Shown here: positions 1 to 10,430 of the stretch, in pieces
Layout: each line of letters opens with the position of its first letter
Numbering within the stretch: the first letter of the stretch is position 1
NCBI GenBank assembly: GCA_021775095.1
Contig: JAJFII010000111.1
Coordinates: 36,801 to 100,800, forward strand
Length of the DNA: 64,000 nt
DNA from: Rhodospirillales bacterium
Lineage (GTDB): Bacteria > Pseudomonadota > Alphaproteobacteria > Rhodospirillales > Casp-alpha2
Direction: 5' to 3'
Program-made: the position numbers and the translations under genes
The notes under the pieces: generated by a model
Database searches by the model: none
Seen by the model: the letters and a program-made list of their open reading frames with translations, nothing else
Told to the model about the DNA's origin: nothing

Positions 1-426
1 CCGATAGGATGTGCTGACCGGCGGATATTCCTGACCGCCATAGGTCAGACCCGCCGTATGTGAAAGCAGGTCGTGAATTGTTATGTCCCTGTGGGCGGCG
101 ACCCTGGCGGCGTGAGCGGTGCCGGTTGAGTTAAAAACATACAAATTTGCTAACGCCGGAATATATTTTGCGACCGGATCCGTGAGCGCCAACCGTCCGT
201 CTTCCATGAGCATCAGGACCGCCGCACAGATAACCGGTTTGGTCATGGAATAAATTCGAAAGATCGCATCGTCGATCAACGGCCGCTGGCGTTGCAGATC
301 CATGAAACCGTAGCGCAGGCGAAAGGCCATTTGATCCCGGCGATATATGGTAATCTCGGTATTTGCCAATCGATGGCGGTCGACCAGGTCTTTGGCCCAG
401 GATTCAAGGGGCGCAAATTGGCCCAT
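1..426 (-). CDS. serine hydrolase / beta-lactamase-family protein (partial; N-terminal 142 aa, continues past window start)
   Basis: Absent from the ORF track because it has no stop codon in the window. Manual reverse translation from the ATG at 426-424 gives MGQFAPLESWAKDLVDRHRLAN...FRIYSMTKPVICAAVLMLMEDGRLALT. The S-x-x-K motif (SMTK) is typical of the class C beta-lactamase/esterase fold. Confidence 0.65.
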   Translation of the reverse strand, partial: MGQFAPLESWAKDLVDRHRLANTEITIYRRDQMAFRLRYGFMDLQRQRPLIDDAIFRIYSMTKPVICAAVLMLMEDGRLALTDPVAKYIPALANLYVFNSTGTAHAARVAAHRDITIHDLLSHTAGLTYGGQEYPPVSTSYR

Positions 427-434
427 GAAACCGG

Positions 435-1613
435 TTATTCTGCGGCCGCGGCCTGCGGACGGCGCAGGATAAAGGCGGCAGCAACCATGACAATGGCGAT
501 AAGGCTCAGGGTTTGGAACAGGGTTGTAAATCCGTCGGCCCATTGATGCATGCCGGAGATCATCGGTATGGCCAGGGCACCGACGCTTAGATTCAACAGG
601 TATTTTACGGAAAAAACACGGCCCCGGTGGGAATCCGGAACGTAGCGGGTCAGAACCGTATCAATAATCGGGATCTGACCAAAGACACAGGCCATGAGAA
701 ATAACGAAGCGGCAAACAACAGGGGGCCTTCGGCCAATGCCAGCAGCGGCAATATAACCACTTGAGTTCCCAAAATACCAATTAACAGGGACTTTGCCGA
801 ATATTTATCGACCGCAGACCCGGCGGCGACCTGGGCAAAGGAGGCAACTGCATAAACCAGCGAGGCCAGTGCGGCGAAGCCAATGGAACCGGGCAGGTCC
901 GCAGCAAAACGTTCTTCAAACAGTTTGGGCAGCGCAACGGTCGACGAGCTGAAAATAAGGCCGGAAATGAGGGTTATAATACCCAAAGAAACCAAAACCC
1001 GTTGCCACCCCACCTGAAAATCCGCCTGGCCCGCAGTAGGCGTTTTGTCCTTTGGCCCGACCGGTTTGTCGGCCGGAACCATTTTCCAAAAAATCAGGCC
1101 GACCAGGATACAGAGGACGCCGGGACCGATGAAGGCACCCCGCCAGCCAAAGGCCAGCATCAGGGCACCGACAACCAGCGGTGCCGCAGCAACGCCCATA
1201 TTTCCGCAGACCCCGTTGACGCCAATTTTTTTGCCCGGTTTGTCGACGCCTTGTACCAGCATGGGAATGCCGACGGGATGATAGATCGCGGCAAAAAATC
1301 CAATTGCCGTTAAGCCAATGGTCAGCTCGAGGATCGTTGTGCTAAAGGCGGTAAGTGTCGTTGCCACACCGATGCCGACAAAAAACAATGTCATGTAGCC
1401 GTGTCGGCCCCGGCGGTCACCCAGCCAACCAAAGGGCAGGGACATGGCCCCGTAGAGGACAAATCCGGGCGTTGCAATGAGAATCATTTCGCCATAGGAC
1501 TGAGCAAACTCGTCGGCCATGGCGATCACCGCCGTTGCATAAATCAAAATCAGCATGTGATCAAAAAAGTGCCCTAAGTTCAGGAACAGTGTTTGTCGTT
1601 GGTCCGTGCTCAT
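435..1613 (-). CDS. MFS transporter
   Basis: 392 aa ORF with about 12 hydrophobic segments. The GWLGDRRGRH loop between TM2 and TM3 is a typical MFS signature. Confidence 0.85.
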   Translation of the reverse strand: MSTDQRQTLFLNLGHFFDHMLILIYATAVIAMADEFAQSYGEMILIATPGFVLYGAMSLPFGWLGDRRGRHGYMTLFFVGIGVATTLTAFSTTILELTIGLTAIGFFAAIYHPVGIPMLVQGVDKPGKKIGVNGVCGNMGVAAAPLVVGALMLAFGWRGAFIGPGVLCILVGLIFWKMVPADKPVGPKDKTPTAGQADFQVGWQRVLVSLGIITLISGLIFSSSTVALPKLFEERFAADLPGSIGFAALASLVYAVASFAQVAAGSAVDKYSAKSLLIGILGTQVVILPLLALAEGPLLFAASLFLMACVFGQIPIIDTVLTRYVPDSHRGRVFSVKYLLNLSVGALAIPMISGMHQWADGFTTLFQTLSLIAIVMVAAAFILRRPQAAAAE

Positions 1614-1798
1614 TTAAGGGTATCCAAAACGGGTTTTGAGGAATTACGGCTGGATTGCCGAGGCAAGATACCGGGGTTGGCGGGAACCTGCAAATGGCTA
1701 TTCGAAAAGGTCCTTGAATGTTCCGCCAAATCTGCCAAATAGGGAAGCTAAATCTTATGTTCCCCTGATTATCTTGTCGCTTTTGTAAGGACAACTTT

Positions 1799-3580
1799 GT
1801 GGCCCGTTCCTCACTCCCTGACCGGCCGAAGGGCCGTGATCTGCGCACCTTGAGACGGGCCTGGGGGTTTTTGCTGCCTTACCGGGGGCGGGTTTTTGGT
1901 GCCGCCGTTGCGCTCGTGGTAACCGCCGCTGCCACATTGGGTTTGGGGCAGGGTTTGAAAACCCTGATCGACAGTGGATTTTCAGGTGGTGATGCGAGCG
2001 CCCTCAATCAGGCGCTGGTTTTTCTGATTGGCCTTTCGGTTGTCATGGCGTTTGGGACCTACGCCCGATTTTATCTGGTATCGTGGTTGGGAGAGCGGGT
2101 TGTCGCTGATCTCAGACGAGCGGTATTCGACCGGGTATTGGCCCTGCACCCGGGGTTTTTTGAGGTCACAAAAACCGGCGAAATTTTATCCCGCCTGACC
2201 ACCGATACGACCCTGCTGCAATCGGTTATCGGCTCATCGGCATCGATGGCCCTGCGCAATGCCCTTAATTTCCTGGGCGGGTTGGTCATGCTGTTCGTGA
2301 CCAATGCCCAGTTGGCTGGGTTGGTTCTGCTGGTGGTTCCGCTGGTTGTTGTGCCAATTCTGGTGTTTGGCCGTCGGGTGCGCAAACTGTCGAGGGCCAG
2401 CCAGGACCGGGTCGCCGATGTCGGAGCCTTTGCCGAAGAAACCTTCAATGCGATTCGCACGGTACAGGCGTTCACCCACGAACCCGAAGATCGCCGCCGT
2501 TTCGCCGGCGAAGTTCAAAACGCCTTTGCGACGGCACTTCGCCGGATCCGGGCCCGCGGCCTGTTGTCGGCAGTGGTTATCCTGCTGGTGTTTAACGCCA
2601 TTGCGGTCATTTTGTGGGTCGGTGGTCGCGGTGTGATGGCTGGCGAAATCAGCGGTGGAGAACTTGCGGCCTTTATTTTTTATGCCGCAACGGTGGCCTT
2701 TTCCGTGGGTATAATCAGCGAAGTTTTTGGTGAATTACAGCGCGCCGCCGGGGCGACCGAACGGTTGATTGAATTGCTCGAGGAAGAACCGGAAATTGTC
2801 GCCCCCGATCAGCCGCTCAAATTGCCCGAACCTGCCGAAGGGCGGGTTCGATTTGAAAAGGTAACCTTCCATTATCCCTCTCGTCCCGACAGGCCGGCCC
2901 TTCGTCAGTTTTCACTGGATGTGCGACCTGGAGAAACGGTGGCGTTGGTCGGGCCTTCCGGGGCCGGTAAAACCACGGTATTTCAGTTGTTGCTGCGGTT
3001 TTATGACCCCGAACAGGGACGTGTGATGATCGACGGTATTAACCTCAGATTAGCCGCGCCACTCGATGTCCGTGAACGGATCGCCCTGGTTCCCCAAGAC
3101 CCGGTGTTATTTGGTGCGGATGGGTGGGAAAATATTCGATTTGGACGGCCCGATGCGTCGGACGAAGAGGTTCGCAGCGCCGCTGAAGCGGCGGCGGCCG
3201 CGACCTTTCTTGATCAGTTGCCCGATGGATTTTCGACCTTTTTGGGCGAGAAGGGGGCGCGCTTATCCGGCGGTCAAAGGCAGCGTATTTCCATTGCCCG
3301 TGCCGTGCTTCGCGATCCGGCAATCCTGCTGCTCGATGAAGCAACATCGGCATTGGACGCGGAAAACGAAAGATTGGTACAGACCGCCCTGGAAAATTTG
3401 ATGGGGGGTCGAACTACCTTGATTATAGCCCATCGCCTGGCAACGGTGCTCAATGCGGACCGCATTGCGGTCATTGATAAGGGCCAAATGGTTGCCATCG
3501 GGACGCACGGCGAACTGTTGAAATCGAACCCCTTGTACGCCCGACTTGCGGCCTTGCAATTTGGTCTGGATGACGCTTAG
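1799..3580 (+). CDS. ABC exporter, fused permease/ATP-binding protein (ABCB/MsbA-like)
   Basis: 593 aa. N-terminal 6-TM domain, then Walker A GPSGAGKTT, signature LSGGQRQRISIARA and Walker B ILLLDEATSALD. GTG start. Confidence 0.9.
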   Translation: MARSSLPDRPKGRDLRTLRRAWGFLLPYRGRVFGAAVALVVTAAATLGLGQGLKTLIDSGFSGGDASALNQALVFLIGLSVVMAFGTYARFYLVSWLGERVVADLRRAVFDRVLALHPGFFEVTKTGEILSRLTTDTTLLQSVIGSSASMALRNALNFLGGLVMLFVTNAQLAGLVLLVVPLVVVPILVFGRRVRKLSRASQDRVADVGAFAEETFNAIRTVQAFTHEPEDRRRFAGEVQNAFATALRRIRARGLLSAVVILLVFNAIAVILWVGGRGVMAGEISGGELAAFIFYAATVAFSVGIISEVFGELQRAAGATERLIELLEEEPEIVAPDQPLKLPEPAEGRVRFEKVTFHYPSRPDRPALRQFSLDVRPGETVALVGPSGAGKTTVFQLLLRFYDPEQGRVMIDGINLRLAAPLDVRERIALVPQDPVLFGADGWENIRFGRPDASDEEVRSAAEAAAAATFLDQLPDGFSTFLGEKGARLSGGQRQRISIARAVLRDPAILLLDEATSALDAENERLVQTALENLMGGRTTLIIAHRLATVLNADRIAVIDKGQMVAIGTHGELLKSNPLYARLAALQFGLDDA

Positions 3581-3673
3581 CCCCAGTGCCGTAACGATTG
3601 GCGATCCGGGTAAATTTACGCTAAAATAAAATTTCTAAGGCTTTCCCGTTCGGATCGTATAGGGGGATTAAGA

Positions 3674-4486
3674 ATGCATAGGGCATTTGCACAGGGACGC
3701 GTTGCTGTCGTGACCGGGGCGGCCAGTGGTATCGGACAAGCCGCCTGTAAAAAATGCGCAAATCTTGGAATGACGGTTTGTATGGTCGACATAACCGCCG
3801 AGGCGCTGGGCGTGGCCGCCGAGGCCCTGAGCGGGCAGGCGGAGATATTGCCGGTGGTCACCGACGTTAGCGACGGGGCGGCACTCATCGCCCTTGCCGA
3901 GCGGGTTCGCGGGGCCTACGGCGACGTCGGCGTCCTCATGAACAATGCGGCGGTTCGTAATCCGGCGGGTTGCTGGACCGGATACAAGGACTGGCAAAAA
4001 ACCATGGACGTCAATCTTTGGGGGGTGGTCAATGGCGTTCAGGCCTTTGCACCCGGTATGATCGCACAGGATCAGGCATCTGCTATCATTAATACGGGCT
4101 CCAAGCAGGGGATCACAACCCCCCCTAATAATCGGCCCTATAATGTGGCCAAAGCGGCGGTCAAAAGTTATTCGGAACTGTTGCAACATGAACTGCGCAA
4201 CAGGGAAAACTGCCAGGTCACGGCGCACCTGCTGATTCCCGGATGGACGACAACGGGCAGTGCCGAGCCCAAGCCGGGGGCCTGGTTACCTCGACAGGTG
4301 GTCGATAGGATGCTGGCTGGTGTTGCCGCGGGCGACTTTTATATCCTTTGCCCTGACGGAGAAACGACGGCGGAAATGGATCATCAAAGGATTCTTTGGG
4401 GAGCCGGCGATATTATCGAAAACCGGCCGCCTCTGTCACGCTGGCATCCGGACTACAAATCGGTTTTCGACGTGCAGACGTCGTGA
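3674..4486 (+). CDS. SDR-family oxidoreductase
   Basis: 270 aa. Contains the TGAASGIG Rossmann motif, NNAA, and the Y-x-x-x-K-like YNVAKAA. Confidence 0.85.
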   Translation: MHRAFAQGRVAVVTGAASGIGQAACKKCANLGMTVCMVDITAEALGVAAEALSGQAEILPVVTDVSDGAALIALAERVRGAYGDVGVLMNNAAVRNPAGCWTGYKDWQKTMDVNLWGVVNGVQAFAPGMIAQDQASAIINTGSKQGITTPPNNRPYNVAKAAVKSYSELLQHELRNRENCQVTAHLLIPGWTTTGSAEPKPGAWLPRQVVDRMLAGVAAGDFYILCPDGETTAEMDHQRILWGAGDIIENRPPLSRWHPDYKSVFDVQTS

Positions 4487-4606
4487 CCGATTCGGCGGCA
4501 GGGAAAAAGATCATTATTACCTGTAAGGCAGCTTATGGGTACGCTTGTACTGAGGCCGGTGACGGAGTAAATTGCCCCGAAAAATTGCATACAAGGTTAT
4601 TCAATC

Positions 4607-6352
4607 ATGCCCCGTGAAGGTGCAAATACCAGGCGACTTTCTGATGTCCGCTTGCGGGCAAGTGACGCGCCGCATAAGGTTCAGATTGCGCAGATTTTGG
4701 TAAAAGGAGCCTATGTGCCGTTGATTACCCCGCTTGCCGTTGCCGGCCTGATGATTTGGGTGTTGCGGCATTCCGTACCGAGCCCACATCTGGCTGTTTG
4801 GGGCGGGTTGATCGTTGCCGTGTATGGTTTCAGGTATGCCCTGTTTCGAAAACCGGCGTCCTATCTGGTAATCTGGAAATTTCCCTTCCTGCCCCTGTTC
4901 GCATTTCTCGCGTTCCTGTCAGGTGCCCTGTGGGGCAGTGCAGGGATCCTTTTTTTTGACCCCCAGCAGTTCCAGTACCAAGCGCTTTTGGCCTTTTGCC
5001 TTGGCGGCCTCGTCGCCGGTTCTCTGGCCAGCTACGCCAGTTGGCCCATGGCTTTTTTTGCTTTTTCCATCCCGGCGCTTTTGCCCCTGTCCGTACAGTT
5101 AATTCGCCAGAACGACGAAGTTCAGGTTGTCATGGGGCTTATCCTGTTGCTGTTCGGTGCCGCCCTGTGCCTTTTGGCGCGCATTATAAACCGGTCGTTT
5201 TTGCAGAGCATGGATTTGCAATCCGCATTGGGCCATAGCGAAGGGCGATTTAGAGGGGTCTTCGAAAGCAGTCCGGCCGGCATGATGTTGATGGATCTGG
5301 ACGGCGAAATACTGATGGTCAACCGGTCTTTTGGCCAACTCCTGGGGTATCGACCGGAGGAACTTTTCGGGCGTAATTGGCGCGACATTTCCCACCCGGA
5401 TGAAATCGCACCGATTGAATTGCTGGATCAAAAATTGATTTCCGGTGATCTTGCCAATTTGCTTGTCGAAAAACGATTCCTTCACAAAGACGGCCGCGCC
5501 ATATGGACCGATATCGCGACCAGTTTGATTGAACATCCTCACCAGGGTAAGGCCAGTCTGTTGCGGCAGGTTTTTGATATCACGGATTTAAAGTCCGTCG
5601 AACGGATGAAAAACGAATTTGTTTCTACGGTCAGCCACGAACTGAGGACGCCCCTGACGTCAATCGAGGGGTCCTTGGGGTTGATCCTCGGCGGGGCTGC
5701 CGGCGAGATTTCGGAAAGTGCCCGGGAGATGACGGTCCTGGCCAGTAAAAACAGCCGGCGGCTGATTAATCTGGTTAATGATTTATTGGACCTGGATCGG
5801 ATGGAATCCAATGATTTACCCCTTTCCTTCGAACTTGTGGATGTCAATGAACTGATTCTCGATACCATTGAACAAAACAGGGGGCTGCTCAACGAGGTCG
5901 GCGTGACACTTCTGTACGCCGCTGTCGATGAAAAAGTTTGTGTCATCGGCGATCGCGGTCGCCTCGGTCAGGTACTGACCAACCTGATATCTAACGCGGT
6001 GAAATTTTCACCGGAATCGGGCGATGTTGATATCACACTGAAAAGACAAGGGGCGCAGCTTCGAATTACCGTAATCGACCAGGGAGCCGGTGTTCCCGAT
6101 TCCTTTAGAGCCTCAATCTTCGACCGTTTTAGCCAGGCCGACGCCTCGGATACCAGGACCAAAAGCGGGGCCGGGCTTGGCTTAAGCATATCAAAGTCGA
6201 TCATCGAAAAACACGCGGGCAACCTCGATTTTCAATCACAAAGTGGAAAGGGTGCATCATTTTATTTTGAACTGCAGGAGTGGAGCAGTTCTGAACCGGT
6301 CACCGATGCCATTGAAAAGCTGCGGGCAAACGGGTTGCGCCCGGGCCGCTGA
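4607..6352 (+). CDS. membrane-bound PAS sensor histidine kinase
   Basis: 581 aa. Multi-TM N-terminus, PAS region (GRFRGVFESSPAGMMLMDLDGEIL), HisKA H-box [12 protein letters not shown], and HATPase N/G boxes (NLISNAVKFS, DQGAGV, GAGLGLSI). The exact start is uncertain. Confidence 0.85.
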   Translation: MPREGANTRRLSDVRLRASDAPHKVQIAQILVKGAYVPLITPLAVAGLMIWVLRHSVPSPHLAVWGGLIVAVYGFRYALFRKPASYLVIWKFPFLPLFAFLAFLSGALWGSAGILFFDPQQFQYQALLAFCLGGLVAGSLASYASWPMAFFAFSIPALLPLSVQLIRQNDEVQVVMGLILLLFGAALCLLARIINRSFLQSMDLQSALGHSEGRFRGVFESSPAGMMLMDLDGEILMVNRSFGQLLGYRPEELFGRNWRDISHPDEIAPIELLDQKLISGDLANLLVEKRFLHKDGRAIWTDIATSLIEHPHQGKASLLRQVFDITDLKSVERMKNEFVSTVSHELRTPLTSIEGSLGLILGGAAGEISESAREMTVLASKNSRRLINLVNDLLDLDRMESNDLPLSFELVDVNELILDTIEQNRGLLNEVGVTLLYAAVDEKVCVIGDRGRLGQVLTNLISNAVKFSPESGDVDITLKRQGAQLRITVIDQGAGVPDSFRASIFDRFSQADASDTRTKSGAGLGLSISKSIIEKHAGNLDFQSQSGKGASFYFELQEWSSSEPVTDAIEKLRANGLRPGR

Positions 6353-6413
6353 GAACGGCTTCAGGGAAGACGCGCTCTTGGCCTTTGGTTGGGCGACACC
6401 AACCGGCACAGTT

Positions 6414-6764
6414 TCAGAGATTGAGTTTCGGTCTTTTTTTACCGGACCAACCACTTTCCAAATCTTCAAAATGTTCGTTAATTTGCTCGACATCGCGGCT
6501 TCGTCGTTCCGCCTCGCTAATGATCTCCTTTTTCAGAGACGTGTTCTCAAGCTTGAGTGCGATGATGTCTTCCTGCAACGCGGCAATGGTGTGGTCGTTG
6601 GTTGCCGCCAGTTTTATCATTTCCGTCGCATGATCTTTTACCAAAGAGGTGGCTTCGCCGAGGGTTTTTTTCGAAACTTCACTGGCGGCCCAGACCGCCG
6701 TCAAGGCGACGGCGACTGCGAGAAGGGAGAGGGTAATGGCAATGGTCATCAAGGGGCTCCACAA
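6414..6764 (-). CDS. hypothetical small membrane-anchored coiled-coil protein
   Basis: 116 aa with one N-terminal TM helix (MTIAITLSLLAVAVALTAVWAA) followed by a charged, heptad-like region. I recognise no family. It overlaps a spurious opposite-strand ORF. Confidence 0.4.
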   Translation of the reverse strand: MWSPLMTIAITLSLLAVAVALTAVWAASEVSKKTLGEATSLVKDHATEMIKLAATNDHTIAALQEDIIALKLENTSLKKEIISEAERRSRDVEQINEHFEDLESGWSGKKRPKLNL

Positions 6765-6980
6765 GCAGTCATTGTTTTTGGATGTGCGCTATTTTTGGCG
6801 ATTTCTCTCCCGTTATCAACTGACAATAACAAATTTGAGGACAATTTCCGAACTCGGGGGCGGTAACGCCCCGGAGGGTTGTTTTTGGATAAACGGTACG
6901 GCTTCCCTATCGGCTATTCTCTTGGGGCTTTTACGGTTACCGTGGTTGTGGGATTGTCCGCGCTTTCGGGCGATGACGAT

Positions 6981-8150
6981 CTACCGGACCGATCGCCGGA
7001 TAAGCAAGTCCTTGGATATTTCAGATATGCGAGACAATCCGCACAGGCCCATGGCCATGTCGATTTCCTGGGCATAAATTTCTAAGACTCGCTCGACTCC
7101 GGCCTGGCCGGCGACCGCGACCCCCCACAGCTGCGGTCGGCCGATTAAACAGGCGGTGGCACCCAGGGCCAGGGCTTTGACGACGTCGGTGCCGCGCCGA
7201 ATGCCGCCATCGATCAACACCGGTACCTGACCTTTGACCTGGTCGGCGATGGCGCCGAGGGCGTTGGCCGTGGCAATTGCACCATCCAATTGGCGGCCAC
7301 CATGATTTGAAACGATAATGCCGTCGACCCCCAGGTCGATGGCTTTTGCCGCGTCCTCAGGGTGCAGTATACCCTTAATCAACAGGGGTTTTTTCCAGAT
7401 CCGGCGCAGCCACTTGACATCGTCCCAATTCATCGCCGGGTCGAGCATTTCACCCATCCGCGCCGCCAGGGTCGACAGGTCCGCCGTCTCGTTGGGCCGT
7501 TGATAATTGCCAAAAGTCATGCCTTTTAAGGCATGGCGCATGCGCCATATCCAGCGGTACCGCGAGATCATGCCTAGGTAGGCCTGCCAGTCGAAGGTTG
7601 GCGGTATGGTAAATCCGTTTTTCAGATCCCGTTCGCGTTTGCCAGGGATCTGGTTGTCGATTGTCAATATCAGCGCATCAAAGTTAGCGGCCTCGGCCCG
7701 GCGGCAAAACTCCTCCGTAAATTGCCGGTCCTTATATATAAAAACCTGCATCCAGCGAGGCGATGCGGATGTCGTCGCCAATTCTTCCATGGTACAGGTT
7801 GAACCGTGGCTGAGACAGAACACGGTTCCTGCGGCCTTTGCCGCCAGGGCCGTTTGACGTTCGCCGTCGGGCCAAAACAGACCCGACAATCCGGTCGGTC
7901 CGACCAGCACCGGCAGGGCCAAAGTATCACCAAATAGCGTAATCGACAGGTCCCGGCTGGCCGCCCCACGCAGCGGCCGTGGGATCATGGAAAAGCCATC
8001 GAAAGCGCTTTCGTTCTGCCGGAGGGTTTTTTCATCTTCCGCCGCACCGTCGGCAAAATCAAAAATCGGCTGCGGCAGTTCGCGGCGGGCCCGTTGGCGC
8101 ATGGTCTGGATGCTGTATATCTTTTTTAAGGTTTCCGGCGTCATGGCCAC
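6981..8150 (-). CDS. FMN-dependent alpha-hydroxy acid dehydrogenase/oxidase (L-lactate dehydrogenase LldD-like)
   Basis: 389 aa. Family-typical blocks SNHGGRQLD and IDGGIRRGTDVVKALALGA. Confidence 0.9.
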   Translation of the reverse strand: MAMTPETLKKIYSIQTMRQRARRELPQPIFDFADGAAEDEKTLRQNESAFDGFSMIPRPLRGAASRDLSITLFGDTLALPVLVGPTGLSGLFWPDGERQTALAAKAAGTVFCLSHGSTCTMEELATTSASPRWMQVFIYKDRQFTEEFCRRAEAANFDALILTIDNQIPGKRERDLKNGFTIPPTFDWQAYLGMISRYRWIWRMRHALKGMTFGNYQRPNETADLSTLAARMGEMLDPAMNWDDVKWLRRIWKKPLLIKGILHPEDAAKAIDLGVDGIIVSNHGGRQLDGAIATANALGAIADQVKGQVPVLIDGGIRRGTDVVKALALGATACLIGRPQLWGVAVAGQAGVERVLEIYAQEIDMAMGLCGLSRISEISKDLLIRRSVR

Positions 8151-8505
8151 CTACAATTCCTTGATCAGATTAAGTCCTGACGCTTATCCCTGCGAAAAGC
8201 AGGCGGTCGTCGTCCTGTGCAATCGTGTTTACCCAAAAGGCTACCTAGGCAAACGACCCAGCGCAAGGACATGTCGCTATTGCCGTAAATTCCAACCGGC
8301 CAGCGCTATTCCCCTCTGGTGTTATTGCCGGAGCTTTAATAACATGGCCCTTCTGATGCACTGTCGCCAAATGAACCGGAAAAGTGTCGCCGCGCAAGGA
8401 GAGTAACTTATCGGGCCTGGGCGAATTGTCAGGTTGCCAAGTCCACCGCCCCTCCCTTCACAACTTTTGATAACCGAACCTATAACTGACAGAAAAGAGC
8501 TGACC

Positions 8506-9195
8506 ATGATTGAAGAACCTCCCGTCTTAACCCTGCGTCGCAATTTCAACCGGCCGACGGCGGCCCAGGTGGCGGCCCTGAAAGGCGTGCAAACAGGATT
8601 TGTTGTCGACGCCATGGGCGGCCGGGGCGCCCTCGACGGCATCATCAAACCGGTGAGCGATGACCAATCGGAATTTTGTGGTGTTGCTGTGACCTGTCAT
8701 GCCGGACCGGCGGATATTATGGCGCCATTTGCGGCGATCGAAGTTGGTGGTCCCGGCGACATAATCGTTGTCGCGACAGATGGTTACGTGGCGACGGCGG
8801 TCGCCGGCGACAATATGTTGGGGATTGCCCAAAACAGGGGTATCGAAGGATTTGTTACCGACGGTTATGTGCGCGATGTGATTGGTATCCGGCGGGTTGG
8901 CTTGCCCTGCTTCTGTGCCGGTGTCACGCCAAACTCGCCGGCCTGCCACGGGCCAGGTACGGTCGGTCAAAATATTGTCCTGGGCGGGGTTTCGGTCAAT
9001 TCCGGCGATATTATTCTTGGGGATTTGGACGGGGCCGTGGTCGTTCCCCTGGCGATGGTCGACGCGGTCATCGCCCGACTGGAAAGTGTCCGGGCCGCCG
9101 AAGCGGATTTGGACGGCAAAGTCCGGGGGGGGTTGAAAATTATGCCGTTCATGGAAGAAATTTTTAAGAGCGGAAAAATCAAAGAAATCGACTGA
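8506..9195 (+). CDS. RraA-family protein (4-hydroxy-4-methyl-2-oxoglutarate aldolase / oxaloacetate decarboxylase-like)
   Basis: The ORF is open from 8434. I place the start at the internal ATG at 8506 (MIEEPPV). The GDIIVV...GDNMLGIAQNRGIEGFVTDGYVRD block is typical of RraA/HMG aldolase. Confidence 0.8.
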   Translation: MIEEPPVLTLRRNFNRPTAAQVAALKGVQTGFVVDAMGGRGALDGIIKPVSDDQSEFCGVAVTCHAGPADIMAPFAAIEVGGPGDIIVVATDGYVATAVAGDNMLGIAQNRGIEGFVTDGYVRDVIGIRRVGLPCFCAGVTPNSPACHGPGTVGQNIVLGGVSVNSGDIILGDLDGAVVVPLAMVDAVIARLESVRAAEADLDGKVRGGLKIMPFMEEIFKSGKIKEID

Positions 9196-9370
9196 CCTCC
9201 GCCCTTGCGAACGGCCGCCGAACCGGGTGGAACCCTAACTATCGGGCGTTCTGACCAGGGCACTCGACGGCAGTAAACCCGGAATAGGGATGTCGTATGG
9301 TTGATCAACCGGCCGCTCCATGTTTTCTGCTGCGCCACTGTATCCCAAGGCACGGACCCTTGATTTTTGT

Positions 9371-10321
9371 TCAGGGACCATCACCAGGCGGTTTTTCTGT
9401 ATCCAAACCGAACTGGTCATGCAAAATATCGAGCAGGTCCTGCAACAAGGGATAGACAAGACTGGTCTTTCGATAAACCACTCCCGACTGAAAGGTCCAG
9501 GGACTGATCCCGACGGGCAGCGGGTAAACATCGAAGGATTTTGCCAGGGACAGGAGCGGCGATGGCAGGCAGGTAATCATATTCGATAATCTTAATGATT
9601 CGAGGACCGTTGTAACGGAATCGACCGACAGGGCCGGTACCGGAAAGCGTAGGTTATTTGACGTGAAGAGCAGGGCGATACGTTCATGAAGTTCCTTGTC
9701 CAATCTGAACATGGACCACGGATATGAAGTCATGTCTTCGAGGCCGACCCGGGTTTGACCGTGCAGCCTATGGTCCCGATGGACGAGAAAATAAGTCTGG
9801 ATGGTCGACAGGGGTTCACAAATAAAATCGTCTTCGTTCTGGGCAATTGTATTCAATGACCCCAGTCCGATATCGATTTCACCATTCGCAAACTGTTCAG
9901 CAAATTGTGGTCCTGAGCTTCGTCGAATGGTGAAATGGGCCGACGGTCGGGTTTTCTGTAAATTGACCAGGATTTGCGGCAACAGGACGGATGACCAGGC
10001 GGCTCCCGCACCAATGTTTAAACTACCCGATTGACCACTTGCCATTTCAGCAAGTTCCCGTTCAATCAGGTCACATTCGGCTTCGATTCGACAGGCCCGC
10101 ACATACAAGCTGTCACCAAATTTTGTCAGGGCGACGCCACGCACCGACCGGTCAAAAAGTTTTACGCCTAAGTCGGCTTCCAGTTGCTGAAGACTTTTCG
10201 ATAGGGCCGACTGTGTCACGGAGACCTGCTTCGACGCCCGATGCAGGTTAAGGGACCGGGCGGCGGCAAGAAAGTGGGTCAACATTCGCAAGGAGCGGAG
10301 CATGTGATGACTTTTTTTCAT
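9371..10321 (-). CDS. LysR-family transcriptional regulator
   Basis: 316 aa with an N-terminal HTH (LTHFLAAARSLNLHRASKQVSVTQSALSKSLQQLE). Divergent from the tctB-tctA-sulfatase-tctC operon. Confidence 0.9.
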   Translation of the reverse strand: MKKSHHMLRSLRMLTHFLAAARSLNLHRASKQVSVTQSALSKSLQQLEADLGVKLFDRSVRGVALTKFGDSLYVRACRIEAECDLIERELAEMASGQSGSLNIGAGAAWSSVLLPQILVNLQKTRPSAHFTIRRSSGPQFAEQFANGEIDIGLGSLNTIAQNEDDFICEPLSTIQTYFLVHRDHRLHGQTRVGLEDMTSYPWSMFRLDKELHERIALLFTSNNLRFPVPALSVDSVTTVLESLRLSNMITCLPSPLLSLAKSFDVYPLPVGISPWTFQSGVVYRKTSLVYPLLQDLLDILHDQFGLDTEKPPGDGP

Positions 10322-10430
10322 CGAAAAGAGAAATTATCTCGATTTTTTTTCATAAATGCAATTGTTATTGTCCTGCGGTCCGTCCGGCTTTGTGTTCCGG
10401 GTTTCGGGCTCAAGCAGGGGAGGCAAAAAT

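Noticed and set aside
6243-6866. 207-aa plus-strand ORF
   Set aside because: It overlaps the kinase 3' end in another frame and lies antisense to the small coiled-coil ORF. It has no recognisable domains.
10320-10343. ATCGA-N14-TCGAT inverted repeat at the lysR start, considered as a LysR T-N11-A box
   Set aside because: The arms are only 5 bp, the spacing does not fit the T-N11-A consensus, and it overlaps the start codon. The evidence is too weak to call.
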